This document shows, piece by piece, positions 60,973 through 64,000 of a stretch of DNA of 64,000 bases. The notes below the pieces were generated by a model, which worked only from the letters and a program-made list of their open reading frames with translations, had not been told where the DNA came from and made no database searches. Each line of letters opens with the position of its first letter. Position 1 is the first letter of the stretch. The translations under genes and the position numbers were made by a program. Source of the DNA: an uncultured delta proteobacterium (GTDB lineage Bacteria > Desulfobacterota > Syntrophia > Syntrophales > UBA2185); the NCBI GenBank assembly GCA_963695875.1, contig CAVOID010000004.1, forward strand, positions 160,001 to 224,000, in the 5' to 3' direction.

Positions 60973-62046
60973 ATGCCTCTTCAAAAATCACAACTTGGTA
61001 AGATTTCAGAAAGTTTTGCCCACAGCGCTGCTCATGAGTTCCGCGGTTCTTCCTCGCTATATGAGGCGTTGGCAACAAGTATCAGTAGGGATCCGGACTT
61101 GCTTGACCTTGCTTCACATGCCCTTTCGAAACCCGTACCGATGATTTTTTTCGCAGCGATTCATTACCTTTTGCTGGATGATGCAGCCCACCCGCTCGCA
61201 ACATTTTATCCCGATATAAATTCAGTGCCACGTGCCACGGATACGGATTTGTGCCAGGTTTTCCGAGATTTTTGCTTTAAGCATCGGGACGAAATCAAGG
61301 ATATCATCTCAACGTATCACGTACAGACCAATGAGGTCCGGCGCTGCGCCTGTCTCCTGCCCGCTTTCGGCATTGCCGAGCAAGAGGCGAAGGGTATGCC
61401 GCTTACTCTTATAGAGATAGGAGCCAGCGCAGGGCTTAACCTCCTCTGGGATCAGTATGGGTATGATTACGGAAACGGCCTCTTCTATGGAAACAGGGCA
61501 TCACCTGTCCAGTTGACCTGTACCTTGCGTGGAAACGAACAGCCTCCGTTTCCGGAAGTATTCCCGCAAATAGCATTGCGCATCGGAATTGACCTCAATC
61601 CAATTGATGTGCGGGATGAATCGGCAGTGAATTGGCTCCATGCCTTCATCTGGCCTGAGCATACCGGACGCTTTGATCTTCTGCACCGAGCCATCAAGAC
61701 AGCACGGAACGACCCCCCGGAATTGCGCAAAGGCGATGCCCTCGAACTCTTGCCCGCCATCATGGAGATAGTTCCCCCTGACTCGCTTCTTTGCCTCTTC
61801 CATGCCTTTGTCAGCAATCAGATGTCACCGGAAGCGCGTAATGCCCTGGCAAGGCTCATTGCAGATTATGGATCAAATCGGCGGATATGTTGTATTTCGA
61901 TAGACTTGTCGGATAAATATAAATACCCGCGACTTGAGATGGTTTCATACATCGACGGAGTCGAGAGACATAGGCATCTGGCGAATTGCAGCGGTCACTC
62001 CCGCTGGATGGAGTGGCTCGAACCTGTGAGAGAATGCAACGATTAA
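60973..62046 (+). CDS. DUF2332 family protein
   Basis: QTNEVRR, EIGASAGLNL.WD, GIDLNP, FIWPE. Confidence 0.88.
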   Translation: MPLQKSQLGKISESFAHSAAHEFRGSSSLYEALATSISRDPDLLDLASHALSKPVPMIFFAAIHYLLLDDAAHPLATFYPDINSVPRATDTDLCQVFRDFCFKHRDEIKDIISTYHVQTNEVRRCACLLPAFGIAEQEAKGMPLTLIEIGASAGLNLLWDQYGYDYGNGLFYGNRASPVQLTCTLRGNEQPPFPEVFPQIALRIGIDLNPIDVRDESAVNWLHAFIWPEHTGRFDLLHRAIKTARNDPPELRKGDALELLPAIMEIVPPDSLLCLFHAFVSNQMSPEARNALARLIADYGSNRRICCISIDLSDKYKYPRLEMVSYIDGVERHRHLANCSGHSRWMEWLEPVRECND

Positions 62047-62064
62047 CAAAGCAGGAGGTGAATC

Positions 62065-62628
62065 ATGAAGAAGGTCAAGATCGGGAAAAATAACTTCGTT
62101 TATCCTATGTCGATGGTACTTGTCGGCACGGTTGTCGATGACCGGGCTAATTTCATGGCTGTAGGCTGGGTATCGCGGGTCAACTTCAATCCCCCCATGA
62201 TCGCCGTGGCATTGGGTAAATATCATTACACGAATGCAGGCATCCATAAACACAAAGCCTTCAGCGTGAATATTCCCGGCATAGACTTGGTGGAAAAAGT
62301 CGATTATTGTGGACTTGTATCGGGCGAAAAAACCGACAAATCGAAAGTATTCGATATTTTTTACGGTGACCTCCCGAATGCACCCATGATACAGCAGTGT
62401 ACCCTATGCATGGAATGTGATCTGGTCAATGCTATAGATTTGCCTTCAAATACCCTGTTCATCGGGGAAATTATCGAAACACATACTGAAGAACGCTACC
62501 TGACCGATGGCAAACCTGACATCAAGAAGATGAATCCATTTACCTTGACCATGCCTGATAACAATTACTGGAAGGTTGGTGAAAATGCCGGTAAGGCGTG
62601 GAGTATCGGAAAAGACTTCAGGAAATGA
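62065..62628 (+). CDS. Flavin reductase family protein
   Basis: YP...LV...N.M..GW...PP.I...FSVNIP...CG..SG...DK. Confidence 0.9.
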   Translation: MKKVKIGKNNFVYPMSMVLVGTVVDDRANFMAVGWVSRVNFNPPMIAVALGKYHYTNAGIHKHKAFSVNIPGIDLVEKVDYCGLVSGEKTDKSKVFDIFYGDLPNAPMIQQCTLCMECDLVNAIDLPSNTLFIGEIIETHTEERYLTDGKPDIKKMNPFTLTMPDNNYWKVGENAGKAWSIGKDFRK

Positions 62629-62706
62629 AATGCGTGGCATTTGAACTCAGCGCTGATGCTGCGATTCAATTTCCTGAATCGCGGTATGGATATAAAGCAG
62701 AGTAGG

Positions 62707-63393
62707 CTACCGATAGAATCGAACGAGCTTTTCCGGTTTAATCCCGAGTAAGTAAAATGTGATCAGCAGCCAGTTCCTTAGGGTTGTATAAATGACTCCC
62801 TCCCTTTCCCAGCGCCGGGAAGATGTGCGGACTGTCCTGTCGATGATACGGATCTTCCCACCCTGTTTCTTGATCCGCCGCATGATCTCCACGTCTTCCA
62901 TGATGGGAATATTGCTGAAACCTCCTAGTTTGTTGAAAACAGTTTTTCTCATGAACACAGTCTGATCTCCATAAGGGATCCTCGTCAGGCGGGACCGAAG
63001 AGCAGCCGCCTTCTCAATCAATCTGAATATAGGCCTTTCAGAATCGATGGCCAAATCGAAGGCCCCGGCCATAATGAACTCATCCCGCATCGCGGTGTCT
63101 ATGAATGCAAGGGCATCAGGGGGAAGACTGGTGTCAGCATGCAGAAAGATGAGGATATTTCCGGCAGCAAGAGCTGCCCCGTCGTTCATCTGGCTTCCCC
63201 GTCCCCGTTCTGAAATGATTGTTTTGACACCCGCGCGGCGGGCAATCTCCATTGTTTTTCCCGCGGAGTCTCCGTCCACGACAATAATCTCAGCGCCGAC
63301 GGCTGATTGCAGACCGCGGATATGCTCGATTGTTCGTAGTACGACAGATTCTTCGTTCCAGACGGGAATTATGAAAGAAAATTTGGGAGTCAT
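62707..63393 (-). CDS. Family 2 glycosyltransferase (TIGR04283-like)
   Basis: IIPVWNEE, VVDG, GRG.QMN.GA, FLHADT, PYGDQ, MED, TSSRRW. Confidence 0.9.
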   Translation of the reverse strand: MTPKFSFIIPVWNEESVVLRTIEHIRGLQSAVGAEIIVVDGDSAGKTMEIARRAGVKTIISERGRGSQMNDGAALAAGNILIFLHADTSLPPDALAFIDTAMRDEFIMAGAFDLAIDSERPIFRLIEKAAALRSRLTRIPYGDQTVFMRKTVFNKLGGFSNIPIMEDVEIMRRIKKQGGKIRIIDRTVRTSSRRWEREGVIYTTLRNWLLITFYLLGIKPEKLVRFYR

Positions 63394-63399
63394 GAGATA

Positions 63400-64000
63400 T
63401 TATGCCAGGCCACTGCCTCGCAGGTATAGCATTGTTTTAGAGTTCGTAAATTCCGTCTTTTCACTTTTTTCGATGAGAACCGCTATGTCCTCGGGCCTGT
63501 CAATATCCTGCCACACGGGCAGCACATATACCAGGGCTCCGGTTCCTTGTAAAAGTGTCATTGTCTGCCGAAAAACGTTTTCCATACCCCACGCGGGCCC
63601 AGTAAAGACATCGGGATTGAATGTTTCCCTTCTGAATCCAATCAGGTAGTAGCCTCCATCAACGGATGGGCCTATAACGGCATCGTGGTCATCCATGGAA
63701 AAGAAAGCTTCTTCAATGATCCATGCCGGCAGATCGGGGCTGTCGCTCCCGATGACAACTACGGATTGAGATCCCTCTGAAAAGCATCGGATGAAGGCTT
63801 CTTTCATCCTTTCACCCAGATTCTCTCCTGCCTGCGGCACGTACGAAAATTCATTCCCGAACATTTCTTTTATCTCGCGTTCTTTATCAGCAGGATAGAA
63901 AGCCATCTGGAACCGATAATGCCCTCTGGAAAGCCTTGCCAGCAAATCTTCTATGAAACAGCGGTAGAGGACTGCAGCTCTCTCTTCACCCAGATCTTTT
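63400..64000 (-). CDS. TIGR04282/DUF2064 glycosyltransferase-like protein (5' end beyond the window)
   Basis: Q.G.NLGERM, IGSDSPDL, GPSVDGGYYLIG, DID; frame open to the window end. Confidence 0.88.
   Translation of the reverse strand, partial: KDLGEERAAVLYRCFIEDLLARLSRGHYRFQMAFYPADKEREIKEMFGNEFSYVPQAGENLGERMKEAFIRCFSEGSQSVVVIGSDSPDLPAWIIEEAFFSMDDHDAVIGPSVDGGYYLIGFRRETFNPDVFTGPAWGMENVFRQTMTLLQGTGALVYVLPVWQDIDRPEDIAVLIEKSEKTEFTNSKTMLYLRGSGLA

Overview
Bacterial chromosomal window. Gene content and order suggest an anaerobic Desulfobacterota, probably Syntrophales-like (inference, not tested). Core genes (rpmF, yceD, gltX, glyA, pilT, xseAB-ispA-dxs-tlyA-ispH, tmk-holB-ricT-metG, ispB, nnr) surround an accessory block. 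The main structural signal is a ~17 kb island running from the intact tRNA-Glu(CTC) gene (2339-2413) to a displaced copy of its 3' half (19439-19483, first 31 bp identical). No integrase is visible inside it. It encodes a quinol-dependent NO reductase, hemerythrin, USP, a Tat-exported cupredoxin with a His-rich partner, a Cys-type periplasmic formate dehydrogenase cluster with a cytochrome b subunit, a membrane-anchored PLD/TrmB-like protein and DoxX. Together these could form a formate-to-quinone-to-NO respiratory or detoxification module. Other points: an IS1202-type element with a 17-bp target duplication just upstream of an unusual glyA; a HesB-like selenoprotein with an in-frame UGA and a SECIS-like hairpin that the ORF track splits; an IspH-UbiA fusion; a probable CTG start on ricT; a papain/Josephin-like orphan; and several structured intergenic elements. 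Many genes, including essential ones, have single-base frameshifts. These most likely reflect long-read consensus errors, so apparent pseudogenes should be treated with caution.
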